Below, piece by piece: positions 16,283 to 24,486 of a DNA stretch of 29,559 nt. Position 1 is the stretch's first letter; each line of letters begins with the position of its first letter. The DNA comes from a virus. Lineage: Duplodnaviria > Caudoviricetes. The DNA is taken from IMG/VR virus record IMGVR_UViG_3300043642_000042, positions 1-29,559 of that record. One strand, given 5' to 3'. Below the pieces are notes generated by a model. That model was not told the DNA's origin. It ran no database searches and saw only the letters and a program-made list of their open reading frames with translations. The position numbers and the translations under genes were made by a program.

Positions 16283-16762
16283 ATGACAATCGCAAAACTC
16301 TGGATACCTCTCTCCGCGATCTTGGCAATCTCGATCTTTGCCGGTAGCGCACCGGCACAAACATCACCTGCCAAAACCAAAGCACAGCCCCAGGCTACGG
16401 CTGCCCTTCACGCAATCGACGCGTGTGAAGCCAATTTAGAAGCGGACTTATCACATGCGGGCAAGGATGATTTTCAGGAGGTCATGAAGAACTCCACCTA
16501 CAAAACCAAGTTGCAACAGGCGAATGACGCGGTAGAGAAAGTCTCAGATCCCGACCTCCACAGAGACCTGGGGATTTTGCTCAACGATGTCGCGTATGGA
16601 GTCTCCAATGCCGGAGTGGGGGCGATAATCGGGGACCCCAACAGTCTCAAGAAAGCTGTAGCCGAATTTCATTCTGACCGCGACCTGGTTGCCGCGGAAA
16701 TCAATACAGGAAAGCGCGGTTTGCTACGCGACGCTGTCCTAAAGCGCAATCAAAAGAAGTAG
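16283..16762 (+). CDS. Exported hypothetical protein (159 aa), moron-like
   Basis: Signal peptide MTIAKLWIPLSAILAISIFAGSAPA; antisense between chaperone and tape measure genes; AT-rich upstream region with TAGACG-18-TAGAAT. Confidence 0.8.
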   Translation: MTIAKLWIPLSAILAISIFAGSAPAQTSPAKTKAQPQATAALHAIDACEANLEADLSHAGKDDFQEVMKNSTYKTKLQQANDAVEKVSDPDLHRDLGILLNDVAYGVSNAGVGAIIGDPNSLKKAVAEFHSDRDLVAAEINTGKRGLLRDAVLKRNQKK

Positions 16763-16790
16763 ATGACCTTGCTGATGCTCCCAAGCAGAG

Positions 16791-17099
16791 TTACGTCTTG
16801 TAAATTGGCGGAAGCTTGTTGATCACGCTTCCGCCAGCGGACGAAACGGCCCGGGATATTTCAGCAAAATCGAGGTCCCCTTTCTTTCGCGCCTTGCCCA
16901 TGGAGGTCCGCTTGCCTCCCATGAGGTAAGCGGCCACTAAGACGTGAGTGGGCGGATAATCCTTCCAGTACGCCATCAGGTCATTTAGCTCCCAAAGAGT
17001 CAGCTGCTCGATTTCACGCAGCGTCCATCCGGTAGCGGTGGCGACGTGGCCAAAGACAAATGGCCAGTCCGCTATACCGGTACCGGAGTCGGTTCCCCC
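16791..17099 (-). CDS. Tail assembly chaperone, T part of a G-T -1 frameshift product
   Basis: The -1 frame is open from GGGGGAA (17099-17093) and reads DWPFVFGHVATATGWTLREIEQLTLWELNDLMAYWKDYPPTHVLVAAYL, upstream of the ATG used in the track. Confidence 0.75.
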   Translation of the reverse strand, partial: GGTDSGTGIADWPFVFGHVATATGWTLREIEQLTLWELNDLMAYWKDYPPTHVLVAAYLMGGKRTSMGKARKKGDLDFAEISRAVSSAGGSVINKLPPIYKT

Positions 17100-17383
17100 G
17101 CGGCCGCCTTTTTGAGACCCGACACTTCAAGCATGGCATTGAACAGAACATTGAAATCGTCGAAGGTAAGGCCGTTCTCAAGCTGCTCTGCGGTGAGATC
17201 CTGGTGCACTTTTCTTACGGCATTCTGGATCACCGGCAGATACCGGAGCAACGAAGCCAGCCCGGAATTTTCCGCGGAAGGTTTTTCCTGAAACAGCGAA
17301 TCTAGTTGGCGCAATTCACCGAGCGTGAGTGACGAGACCGTAAGTTGTCCCAGCGATGTGGGGACAGTTTGTTGCTTAAGCAT
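17072..17383 (-). CDS. Tail assembly chaperone (G-like, 103 aa)
   Basis: AGGAGG RBS before ATG 17383; lies between tail tube and tape measure; slippery site near the 3' end. Confidence 0.85.
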   Translation of the reverse strand: MLKQQTVPTSLGQLTVSSLTLGELRQLDSLFQEKPSAENSGLASLLRYLPVIQNAVRKVHQDLTAEQLENGLTFDDFNVLFNAMLEVSGLKKAAAGEPTPVPV

Positions 17384-17421
17384 GATTTCCTCCTGATAGA
17401 AATTGGCAAAACCGTTGTCTG

Positions 17422-17454
17422 AAAAAAGCGGGCGCGGTAAGGAGCCCGGCCCGC
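17422..17454 (-). terminator. Intrinsic terminator-like hairpin after the tail tube gene
   Basis: GCGGGC...GCCCGC followed by TTTTTT on the minus strand. Confidence 0.65.
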
Positions 17455-17466
17455 ACATGGAGAGAG

Positions 17467-18219
17467 CTATTCGTTGGAATACATATCGATGACCTGGCCG
17501 GCGGCGTTGGCAAAGGCCTCAAAGTCAAATTCGGGAATGATGAAGTCTTCCTGTTTGGTGGCAAAGCTGAGCTTGGACGCCACCACCGAATACAGCAGCA
17601 CGTTGAACTGGTTTCCGTTGTACACGTTTTCCAATAGCACCTGGATGGTCGGTGCGAAGCCCATGAGCTGATTGGTGATATTGAGCTGTGATCCGACAGC
17701 CGCAAGCGAGTATGTGTAACTGATAAGAGCTACGGCGCCAGCGACGTTATCCGCCGAGGCAAACGTGTAAACCCCGCCGGCGGTGACGGAATACTGTCCA
17801 ACTACAGGGCCAGAAGCAACGCGGGTAAATGGGAGCCCAGTGGACGCGTAACGTACTCCCCAATCCTGCACAAACACGCCGGAGTTTGGCGGGGTAATCG
17901 TCACCTGGAAAGGCGTAGCGGGGATGGCGTGAGATTCATCAAGAGAAACCTGTTTCATTCCGGCAGGCATTGTCTGGCCGAAGAACAGATCATTCAGCAT
18001 TTTCCCGTTGATGGCGGCAAACTTTGACTTGCCGGTGATCTTGCATTTACCCCGAGCCACAGCCTCAGGAAACTGTTTTTGTCCGTAAAGCTGTTTGACG
18101 TCGCCCGAGATATCGAGCGAGACGTCCTGCAGCGTTCCGAATTTCATGGGAGTGGGGTTCGTGGCGGTGTTGCCGCTTACGGGAAAGCCCCACAAGGTAC
18201 CTGCGCCAAATTCAAACAT
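17467..18219 (-). CDS. Major tail tube protein
   Basis: 250-aa beta-rich protein (FGTLQDVSLDIS..KQLYGQKQFPEAVARGK, DFIIPEFDFEAFA) between the tail terminator and chaperone genes. Confidence 0.85.
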   Translation of the reverse strand: MFEFGAGTLWGFPVSGNTATNPTPMKFGTLQDVSLDISGDVKQLYGQKQFPEAVARGKCKITGKSKFAAINGKMLNDLFFGQTMPAGMKQVSLDESHAIPATPFQVTITPPNSGVFVQDWGVRYASTGLPFTRVASGPVVGQYSVTAGGVYTFASADNVAGAVALISYTYSLAAVGSQLNITNQLMGFAPTIQVLLENVYNGNQFNVLLYSVVASKLSFATKQEDFIIPEFDFEAFANAAGQVIDMYSNE

Positions 18220-18307
18220 TTTTTCTTTCTCCTTTTGGGGAGCCGGCCCTGCACTCCCATAAATTGAAGCCGCGGAACGACTGCGGTTTGTGAACTGGAT
18301 GTGGTGT

Positions 18308-18760
18308 CTAAGCGGTGGTGAGAATTTCTATGGGCACAACGGCGAGAGCCATGGAGCCAACAACGTTTTCGACGATCTCAATCTTCCCCTCAATGCGGCA
18401 GTGCGAAACCTTGCCGCCAAGCGACTGCGCTATCCCCGGCGTCGCGTTCCGAATGGCTGCTTCCACTGCGTCCAGGAGCGAATTCAGTTCGGTGGAAGGG
18501 ACCGAATTTGGTTCGCTGTCACCCGCGGTGTACAACACAAGATCCACCGCCAATTTGGCGTGGATGGGAAGGCCATTCACGCTGGTGCCTGTGAGTTCGT
18601 CTTTCTGCACCTGGTACAGCGACGGACGGTCCGCGGGCGAAAGCTGCGAAGGATCCTGCCAGCGCCGGCTGACCGTCTTGAACGGACCAGCCGGCGTTAG
18701 GAGCGCACTCTGCAACGTGGAGAACAACGCGGAATAAATTTGCTCGCGGGGAAAAATCAC
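18308..18760 (-). CDS. Tail terminator / completion protein (putative)
   Basis: 150 aa with REQIYSALF start and LNSLLDAVEAAI; immediately precedes the tail tube gene. Confidence 0.7.
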   Translation of the reverse strand: MIFPREQIYSALFSTLQSALLTPAGPFKTVSRRWQDPSQLSPADRPSLYQVQKDELTGTSVNGLPIHAKLAVDLVLYTAGDSEPNSVPSTELNSLLDAVEAAIRNATPGIAQSLGGKVSHCRIEGKIEIVENVVGSMALAVVPIEILTTA

Positions 18761-19221
18761 TGCGACACCTGAACTTGCTGGATTGCCTGCTCTAGCAGAT
18801 CAGGCAATGCCTGTTGAAGATCATTGATTGCGGGACGCAGGTAGGGCCGTGGCCGAATGTAAGGACGGCGGCCCTCTTTTTTCTTGAATGGCCCTTTCCG
18901 CCCGGTGTAACCGCCGTATTCGTGAATACGGGCGTACGGCAGATCGGATCCAATGCTGACAACCAGACTCTGACCGTCGGGACTAACCTGAATCGAATTC
19001 AAGACAGAATTGAGCAGCTTGCCGCTGCGCGAGGTCAACAAATCACTGGAACTGCCTTTGCCCGCGGAGCCCGCAAAATATTTTGGGACCGCGGTCTGTA
19101 ACGACTGATAAATGAGTGGCTGGAGCGCCTTGTAGACCTGGGCCACCAGACGAGGCGCGAGTCCGGCAAGCCGCTGCTGCAGCTGCTGTACGGCTGAGTC
19201 GTCAATCTTTACGCTAATCAC
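18757..19221 (-). CDS. Virion morphogenesis / neck protein
   Basis: RSGKLLNS, GSDLPYARIHEYGG and RPRPYLRPA motifs; 4-nt overlaps with both neighbours. Confidence 0.8.
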   Translation of the reverse strand: MISVKIDDSAVQQLQQRLAGLAPRLVAQVYKALQPLIYQSLQTAVPKYFAGSAGKGSSSDLLTSRSGKLLNSVLNSIQVSPDGQSLVVSIGSDLPYARIHEYGGYTGRKGPFKKKEGRRPYIRPRPYLRPAINDLQQALPDLLEQAIQQVQVSQ

Positions 19222-19790
19222 AGCGCCAACCTCCTGTACTGGCTGAAAACGGCCATCGAACGTGGCGGCACATCACTCATGTCGAATGAGATCGTCACCT
19301 GCCCGCCCATGCTGTTGGATTTTTCGCCTATGCGAACCCGCTGGCGATAGGTCAAAGCAAACGCCTCAATCGCTGCCTGCTTTAGGTCAAGGGGCACGCT
19401 GGGAAAGCCCGCAGAATACGAAAGCTGGATATTCTGCACGCCACGGCAGAAGCGAAAGCCACGTAGCAGGATGCGTCGCCCATCCCACAGATAGCCCGCG
19501 GTAGTGGGAGTTGTGGCCGCCTGGATGCTGACTCCATCGATACTGACGCTGCTCATGGAAATGATGGGGAAATTGCGCGGAAGCAGCCGGTCCGAATCAT
19601 TGCCGTCATAGTTTTCCGTCAGCGCGCCCAGCACCGACGACAGAATGTGCGGGCGATCGATGTACTGCAAAACTTGCAGGCTGGCGTTGGAAATAAGACT
19701 TTGCAGAGTCACGTCGTCATTGTTGCCCTGGTTAGGCAGCCATGATTTGAGTTCTGCAACGGTGCAAAGATCGTCAGGAGCAGCAGCCAT
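19218..19790 (-). CDS. Head-tail adaptor / connector protein
   Basis: LCTVAELKSWL, DDVTLQSLISNAS and YSAGFPSVPLDLKQAAIE; follows the capsid gene; GGAGG RBS. Confidence 0.85.
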   Translation of the reverse strand: MAAAPDDLCTVAELKSWLPNQGNNDDVTLQSLISNASLQVLQYIDRPHILSSVLGALTENYDGNDSDRLLPRNFPIISMSSVSIDGVSIQAATTPTTAGYLWDGRRILLRGFRFCRGVQNIQLSYSAGFPSVPLDLKQAAIEAFALTYRQRVRIGEKSNSMGGQVTISFDMSDVPPRSMAVFSQYRRLAL

Positions 19791-19845
19791 TGGTTACCTC
19801 CAGAAATGAAGCAGGTTCGCAGCACAGACGCGGTTCGTGAAATTT

Positions 19846-19889
19846 GAAAGAGAAGGCAGTCTGGGCAGGGGAACCACAGACTGCCTTTT
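19846..19889 (-). terminator. Terminator-like hairpin after the capsid gene
   Basis: 11-bp stem AAGGCAGTCTG / CAGACTGCCTT with pyrimidine runs on both strands. A second hairpin (19933-19966) abuts the capsid stop codon. Confidence 0.6.
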
Positions 19890-19966
19890 GGTCTCCTGCA
19901 ACCTGCTGGTTGGCAGGCCAGGAGCATCAGCGGCGATTCGCGGCAATCAAGCCGCCGATGAATCGC

Positions 19967-21460
19967 TTATCCGTTGGCGACGTTGGCAATCACGCCAAGC
20001 GAGAACGGCGCGCGGCAGACAAGCACCTCGTCGGCATACACGCCATAAACATACTGGCGCGAGACGACGGGCCACTCGATCTGGTAATAGTCGCGGCGGC
20101 AGCGGACAAAAGATACGTTGTCCACGCCGGAGAGCGGGTAAGGAATCTCCGAGCTGTTAAAGAAGATGGTCCCCGGAGCCAGGTTGGGATGGATGCGAAT
20201 ATCCAGGAACTGCTGCGTGAACTTGTTCCAGTACTTGGCAATACTGGCGCCGCCCAGCAGAGCCGGCTTGTCATCTTCCGATCCTGTGCCGCCCGGCAAG
20301 GTGAACCGGAACAGCGGCACCCCGCCGGAAGCAACGATCTTTTTGTTGATGTTGCGCGCTTCCTGCGAGTTCACCCAGATTTCCGTGGGGCTGAGACGCT
20401 TGTTGTCCCAGAACCACTGCAGCGCCGTATCAATTTCCAGAACGCCATTGGCCTGGTCGGCGGTGAGCGTGTTGCCGTCGAGCGAGGCGAAGTAACCGGC
20501 GTTGGACTTCAAGGCTTGCGTGAGGAAGCCGTCAAAGACCAGAGCGTTCGCGGATCCATCTGTGCTGGAGTTTGCGGCGTTGGCTAACTGCGTGCCCGCA
20601 ACCGGAGCGCTGATGGTGACTTTGTTCACGGTAGTGATGGTATTTAGCGTCGCCGTTCCCGCGCTGGTTCCGATATACCACGCGTAGCCAGCCGCGCCTT
20701 TCACCGCAGGCACAGTAGCAACAACCGTCTGTTGGCCGGCGGTGGTAGCGGCAACACCTGATGCGGCGCTGATAGCGCTGGCGCCCGCACCATATTGCGT
20801 GGAGGTACCGTCAATATTGACCCGCGTGACCTGGCCATAAGGCACGCCGCTGATGGAGACCGTGGCGTTGGCCAGTGCTCGCGCGGCGAGCGCTGTCACG
20901 AAAACGATGAGGTTCAGTCCAGAGCCGAGTGTTCCGCCGTTTGCCAACGCAACGGTAGGCGCAGGAGGAGTGCCCAACGGCATGGATGCATTGCCGTTGA
21001 GAATCACGTTCTCTTCGCCGATCATGACCGCACGTAGCAATGACTGAACGAGAGTAGCTTTATTGTCGAACTCTTTGCCGCCCGACCAGACAGCTTCCCA
21101 GTCGATGGAGGCTTCCAATCCGAGCCCGGCGTAAGACGCAACGTAGTCCTGCTCGGTGACGCTCATTTCCGCCGAGCGACGGCCCGGAGCAACGCCAAGT
21201 TCGAAACCCTGCGTGTTGACGCCGGTGATGGCTTTCCAGCGCGTGGCCAGATCGCCACGGTCACTTACCTGCCGAGGCAGGCGGTTACGCAGCGGCGTGA
21301 TGACCGGATAAAGCTGAAGCGCCGGCCCGCGTAGATCAAACGCGTTCAAGTTGCCAGCCACGCCGCTGATCAGCGACTGACTGATGGTGGTTTTGTTCAA
21401 GGAGGACAGGTCCGCCTTGTTGAGCAGATCGAACGTCTGCTGACTGAGATCGCCAAACAT
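19967..21460 (-). CDS. Major capsid protein (497 aa) with an internal beta-sandwich-like insertion
   Basis: Follows protease/scaffold; LYPVITPLRNRLPR, EENVILNGN, IRIHPNLAPGTI and YVYGVYADEVL. Start moved to ATG 21460. Confidence 0.88.
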   Translation of the reverse strand: MFGDLSQQTFDLLNKADLSSLNKTTISQSLISGVAGNLNAFDLRGPALQLYPVITPLRNRLPRQVSDRGDLATRWKAITGVNTQGFELGVAPGRRSAEMSVTEQDYVASYAGLGLEASIDWEAVWSGGKEFDNKATLVQSLLRAVMIGEENVILNGNASMPLGTPPAPTVALANGGTLGSGLNLIVFVTALAARALANATVSISGVPYGQVTRVNIDGTSTQYGAGASAISAASGVAATTAGQQTVVATVPAVKGAAGYAWYIGTSAGTATLNTITTVNKVTISAPVAGTQLANAANSSTDGSANALVFDGFLTQALKSNAGYFASLDGNTLTADQANGVLEIDTALQWFWDNKRLSPTEIWVNSQEARNINKKIVASGGVPLFRFTLPGGTGSEDDKPALLGGASIAKYWNKFTQQFLDIRIHPNLAPGTIFFNSSEIPYPLSGVDNVSFVRCRRDYYQIEWPVVSRQYVYGVYADEVLVCRAPFSLGVIANVANG

Positions 21461-21540
21461 TTCTGATTCCTTTTCTCCGCCCAAAGATTGCGGTTTTAAA
21501 TTGAAGTGAAACTGCGCGGAAGAGTTCGCCTATAGGCGCT

Positions 21541-22461
21541 CTAGCGCAGGTAAACGGAGGCAGGTTGCGGTTGTTGCAGTGTCCGCTTGAGCAGTTCGTG
21601 GACGCTGGGCTCGCCAGCAGACTTAGCCAGCGCGGGACGGGCATCGTCTTCCTTGGTGACGGTGTGCGTCGGCACGCCGGTGCGCGCCACCCGTCCTGTG
21701 GACTCCTGCGGCGACACGAGTTTTTCCACGAGTGAAAGGAGATTGCTCAGCGAACGCTGGATCTCCTGGTTATTGCTCTCCATTTCGCTGCGCAAGCCGG
21801 CCACTTCCTGCTCCATTTCAGCCAGCTTGGCCAGCGCAGATGCGGAGCTGGCCCGTGCCTTTTCCAATTGCGCTTTGTCATTTGCTTCCAGCATTGTGCT
21901 TTGATCTCCTGTCTTTACTCCGGAGCGTGGACCGCCCGGGATCTTTTTTGTTTGGGCCGGGGTCGCATGTGAGAATTTGCGAACCTCGCAGGTGCCGTCG
22001 GCTTTCACGGCGGTGAAATGCGCACCGGGGACGCAGGGATTATCGACGACGCTTATTTCGACGGGACTGGCAGTGAAGCGAACATACTCGCCATCCTTCC
22101 ATGCATTAACGTAAGCGCCGCCGATGCTGAAGCCGGTATAGACACCGAGCATGCATTTCTGCCAGGCCACGCCGTCAACGATGCGCGCGCCGACACGGAT
22201 CTGTTTCAGGTCGTCATCGAAGGCGATGGCGACGAGCTTGCCCACGGCGCTGGGCTCGTGCATCTCACGGACGTTCCCGAGGCTCTTGCCGTCAGTGGCT
22301 TTGGCGATTTCGTCGCTCCAGCTCTTGAAATAGGGCTTGGAAGAGTCGTAGTCGAAGATTTCGCCTTCTTTGTCGACGATCTCTGCGGTGGCAACGCCCC
22401 AGACTTCGTGTTTGGATTCGTCGATCTTGGCGATCTGGGCGAAGAGGTTCATGGATTTCAT
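21541..22461 (-). CDS. Prohead protease fused to a scaffold-like coiled coil
   Basis: VWGVAT, NVREMH, YTGFSIGG and EISVVDNPC protease motifs, followed by a C-terminal heptad region. Confidence 0.88.
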   Translation of the reverse strand: MKSMNLFAQIAKIDESKHEVWGVATAEIVDKEGEIFDYDSSKPYFKSWSDEIAKATDGKSLGNVREMHEPSAVGKLVAIAFDDDLKQIRVGARIVDGVAWQKCMLGVYTGFSIGGAYVNAWKDGEYVRFTASPVEISVVDNPCVPGAHFTAVKADGTCEVRKFSHATPAQTKKIPGGPRSGVKTGDQSTMLEANDKAQLEKARASSASALAKLAEMEQEVAGLRSEMESNNQEIQRSLSNLLSLVEKLVSPQESTGRVARTGVPTHTVTKEDDARPALAKSAGEPSVHELLKRTLQQPQPASVYLR

Positions 22462-22470
22462 GTTGGCTCC

Positions 22471-22499
22471 AAAGGAAAAGGCAGCCTGTAGGCTGCCTT
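22471..22499 (-). terminator. Intrinsic terminator-like hairpin between portal and protease
   Basis: AAGGCAGCC-TACA-GGCTGCCTT followed by TTCCTTT, immediately before the protease RBS. Confidence 0.65.
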
Positions 22500-22556
22500 G
22501 GTGATGGTGCTGTCTTCAATCTTTGCTGTTCGATCCACGCACAGCCGAGGGCGCCT

Positions 22557-22598
22557 CCACCCCAGCAAGCCAACTTCAGGCTAGCTGGGGACCCCGGG
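22557..22598. repeat. REP-like element overlapping the portal stop codon
   Basis: CCACCCCAGCAAGCC...GGCTAGCTGGGGACCCCGGG; same family as 1592-1633. Confidence 0.7.
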
Positions 22599-24038
22599 CT
22601 GTGCCACACGAGGTTCGTCGGGTTGAACTTCTACTGACGATTCAGAGTTTTGCGGTGAGTCTTTGATCTCCAAAGGAAAGATTCCGCGAGTGGTAATCAC
22701 GGCATTGCCCATGCCAACGGGATGCTTGCCCAGGCTTTCGCGTACTTCGTCGATGGAGAGCACGCCGGCGCGAACATAAATATCATCGATTTTTGCCTGC
22801 TCGAGCGGATTCAACGTGCGGTCCTGCTCCCAGACAAACTCGATGTCACTGAAGCCGAAGTGGCGAGTGACGATGAAGTTGATAGTGTCGGCCAGGTAGC
22901 CAAGGATCGGGACGAGTCCTTCCGCGGCGGCTTGCTCCACGCTGGTTTCTGCCGTAGCGCGATTCATCACGCTGACAAACTGCTGCGGCGAGAGACCGAA
23001 GGCGTAGCAGACGATGCGGGTAATCCATTCGTCGAGCGCGTCCTTGAGCATGGGATCACGCGTGAACTGGAGATTGCCGCACTCAGGGACAAAGGTAATT
23101 CGGCGACGGCGAGCGGAGTTTCCGGCCAGCGCGCTGTCAAACCATTCCTGGAATTCGCTGATTTGGTCGGCCGACCATTCCTTGGGGACCTGCGCCACGG
23201 CTTCCGGCACGTTGCCTTCAGTGTAGTAATTCAACAGATGAATCTGGCGGCGCAGGCCGATGTTGATGGTGAGAATGATCTGCTCGACCGGCGAGAAGCC
23301 AAAAAACTTATGTGCGCGCACATTGCGCGGACGATAGATGAGCTGGTCGGAGGTGAAGTCCACGGCTGGCAAGCCTTTGAGAATTTGCTGGTACGCGACG
23401 GCCGGCGCTGCGGGTGTGCGTCCCATGGCGTCAATCTTGCGCGCGATGGTGGAGCCGTCGATGACTTCCAGGGCATAAAGCGATTTACCGGGAGACCACA
23501 ACTCGCCTTCCTGCGAGACGATGGGAACCAGGACCGGAGCGTCGAGCACAAGCAAGTCTTCCAGCAGCAGGCGAACCCACTGCTGCCAGCTGTGCTCGCG
23601 GTCGGGATAAGAAAAGAAATTTGTGAGCTGCGTGAGCCGCGGATCTTTCTCTTCATCGTCATTGCCGCTGATGGCGCTGTTGCTGGTGTTGGCCGCGCGC
23701 TTTGGCGCGCCGGGCTGCGTCTTCATGCGAAACGCCCAGGGCATACGGCTGACTTGGTCTTTGCGCGTCTCAATGCAGAGACGCACAAGATCGAACGAAT
23801 CAGCCAGGGAACGCATCTGTTCAAAAGAGATGGGTTCCATGTTGCGCGGCTGAATGTTGATGTTGTAGCCGACCGGGTAGTCGAGCGTCCGTGGTGGAGT
23901 GCCTGCGGGAGCGCTGGGCGCCATGGGAAGGTCAGGACCAAACCAGACATCGAGCGTGTTGCGCAGCTTGCGGCCGACGCGCTCGACAAAGCCAGATTCG
24001 AGCGCAGTAAGTTTTCCGCCATTGAGTATCTCAGGCAT
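22581..24038 (-). CDS. Phage portal protein
   Basis: LVRLCIETRKDQV, LLEDLLVLDA, GFSPVEQI, YYTEGNVPE, IVCYAFGLSP and GVLSIDEVRESLG. Confidence 0.93.
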   Translation of the reverse strand: MPEILNGGKLTALESGFVERVGRKLRNTLDVWFGPDLPMAPSAPAGTPPRTLDYPVGYNINIQPRNMEPISFEQMRSLADSFDLVRLCIETRKDQVSRMPWAFRMKTQPGAPKRAANTSNSAISGNDDEEKDPRLTQLTNFFSYPDREHSWQQWVRLLLEDLLVLDAPVLVPIVSQEGELWSPGKSLYALEVIDGSTIARKIDAMGRTPAAPAVAYQQILKGLPAVDFTSDQLIYRPRNVRAHKFFGFSPVEQIILTINIGLRRQIHLLNYYTEGNVPEAVAQVPKEWSADQISEFQEWFDSALAGNSARRRRITFVPECGNLQFTRDPMLKDALDEWITRIVCYAFGLSPQQFVSVMNRATAETSVEQAAAEGLVPILGYLADTINFIVTRHFGFSDIEFVWEQDRTLNPLEQAKIDDIYVRAGVLSIDEVRESLGKHPVGMGNAVITTRGIFPLEIKDSPQNSESSVEVQPDEPRVAQPGVPS

Positions 24039-24205
24039 CAGGCCATCCCCACTTTCACGCCCATGACGGCGGAAGTTTCAATGATGAATTCAATCACAGA
24101 GTTCTTGCGGTAAGCGGACTTCATGTGCTCATCCTGAATGCGCAGGCCCTCGTGCCAGCGGCACTGGCCTGTGTCATCGATGATGTATTCGCCTGTCCAA
24201 TTCAT
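24038..24205 (-). CDS. Small hypothetical protein (55 aa) coupled to portal
   Basis: ATG 24205 with GGAG upstream (supplied by the repeat); its stop overlaps the portal start (TGATG). Confidence 0.5.
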   Translation of the reverse strand: MNWTGEYIIDDTGQCRWHEGLRIQDEHMKSAYRKNSVIEFIIETSAVMGVKVGMA

Positions 24206-24206
24206 A

Positions 24207-24463
24207 TGTCGCTGCGCTCCAAACCGCTTTTGCGGCGTTCCAAAATTAAGTGTCTTCAGCCCTTGGGCGCGCAGCTCGGCGCGTGGTCGGCCGCGCTGCT
24301 CCATTCCCTCTTCATCTTGTCGCTTCGCTCCAAACCGCTTTTGCGGCGTTGATCCCAAAAAGCTGCTTTTCTGCCTTGAGGCTGGCGGCTCGGCGCCACA
24401 CGGGCCTCGCGCCTCCCGCAGATGCAATTACCAGTCGCTTTGCTCCAAACTGCTTTTTGCAGC
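24207..24463. repeat. Diverged ~113-bp tandem repeat, about 2.3 units, with conserved hairpins
   Basis: Core TGTCGCT(G/T)CGCTCCAAACCGCTTTTGCGGCGTT at 24207 and 24318 (32 of 33 identical), with a degenerate copy at 24434. The intervening segments also align. Confidence 0.85.
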
Positions 24464-24486
24464 AGGCAATCGAGAAATCGATCGAA

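Noticed and set aside
17467-19221. Contractile tail, tailocin or eCIS
   Set aside because: No sheath or wedge genes; head genes and terminase are present, so the tail is non-contractile.
22722-24113. Long plus-strand ORFs opposite portal (also 27006-28019, 19844-20587, 319-942)
   Set aside because: Antisense shadows of well-supported genes in GC-rich DNA, with no motifs.
24038-24427. 129-aa ORF as listed in the track
   Set aside because: The N-terminal part is a translation of the tandem repeat (TPQKRFGA twice). Only the last 55 codons look like a gene.
24207-24463. CRISPR mini-array (33-bp repeats with a hairpin)
   Set aside because: The spacers are ~80 bp and homologous to each other, there are only 2-3 repeats, and no cas gene is present. 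It is a tandem duplication.
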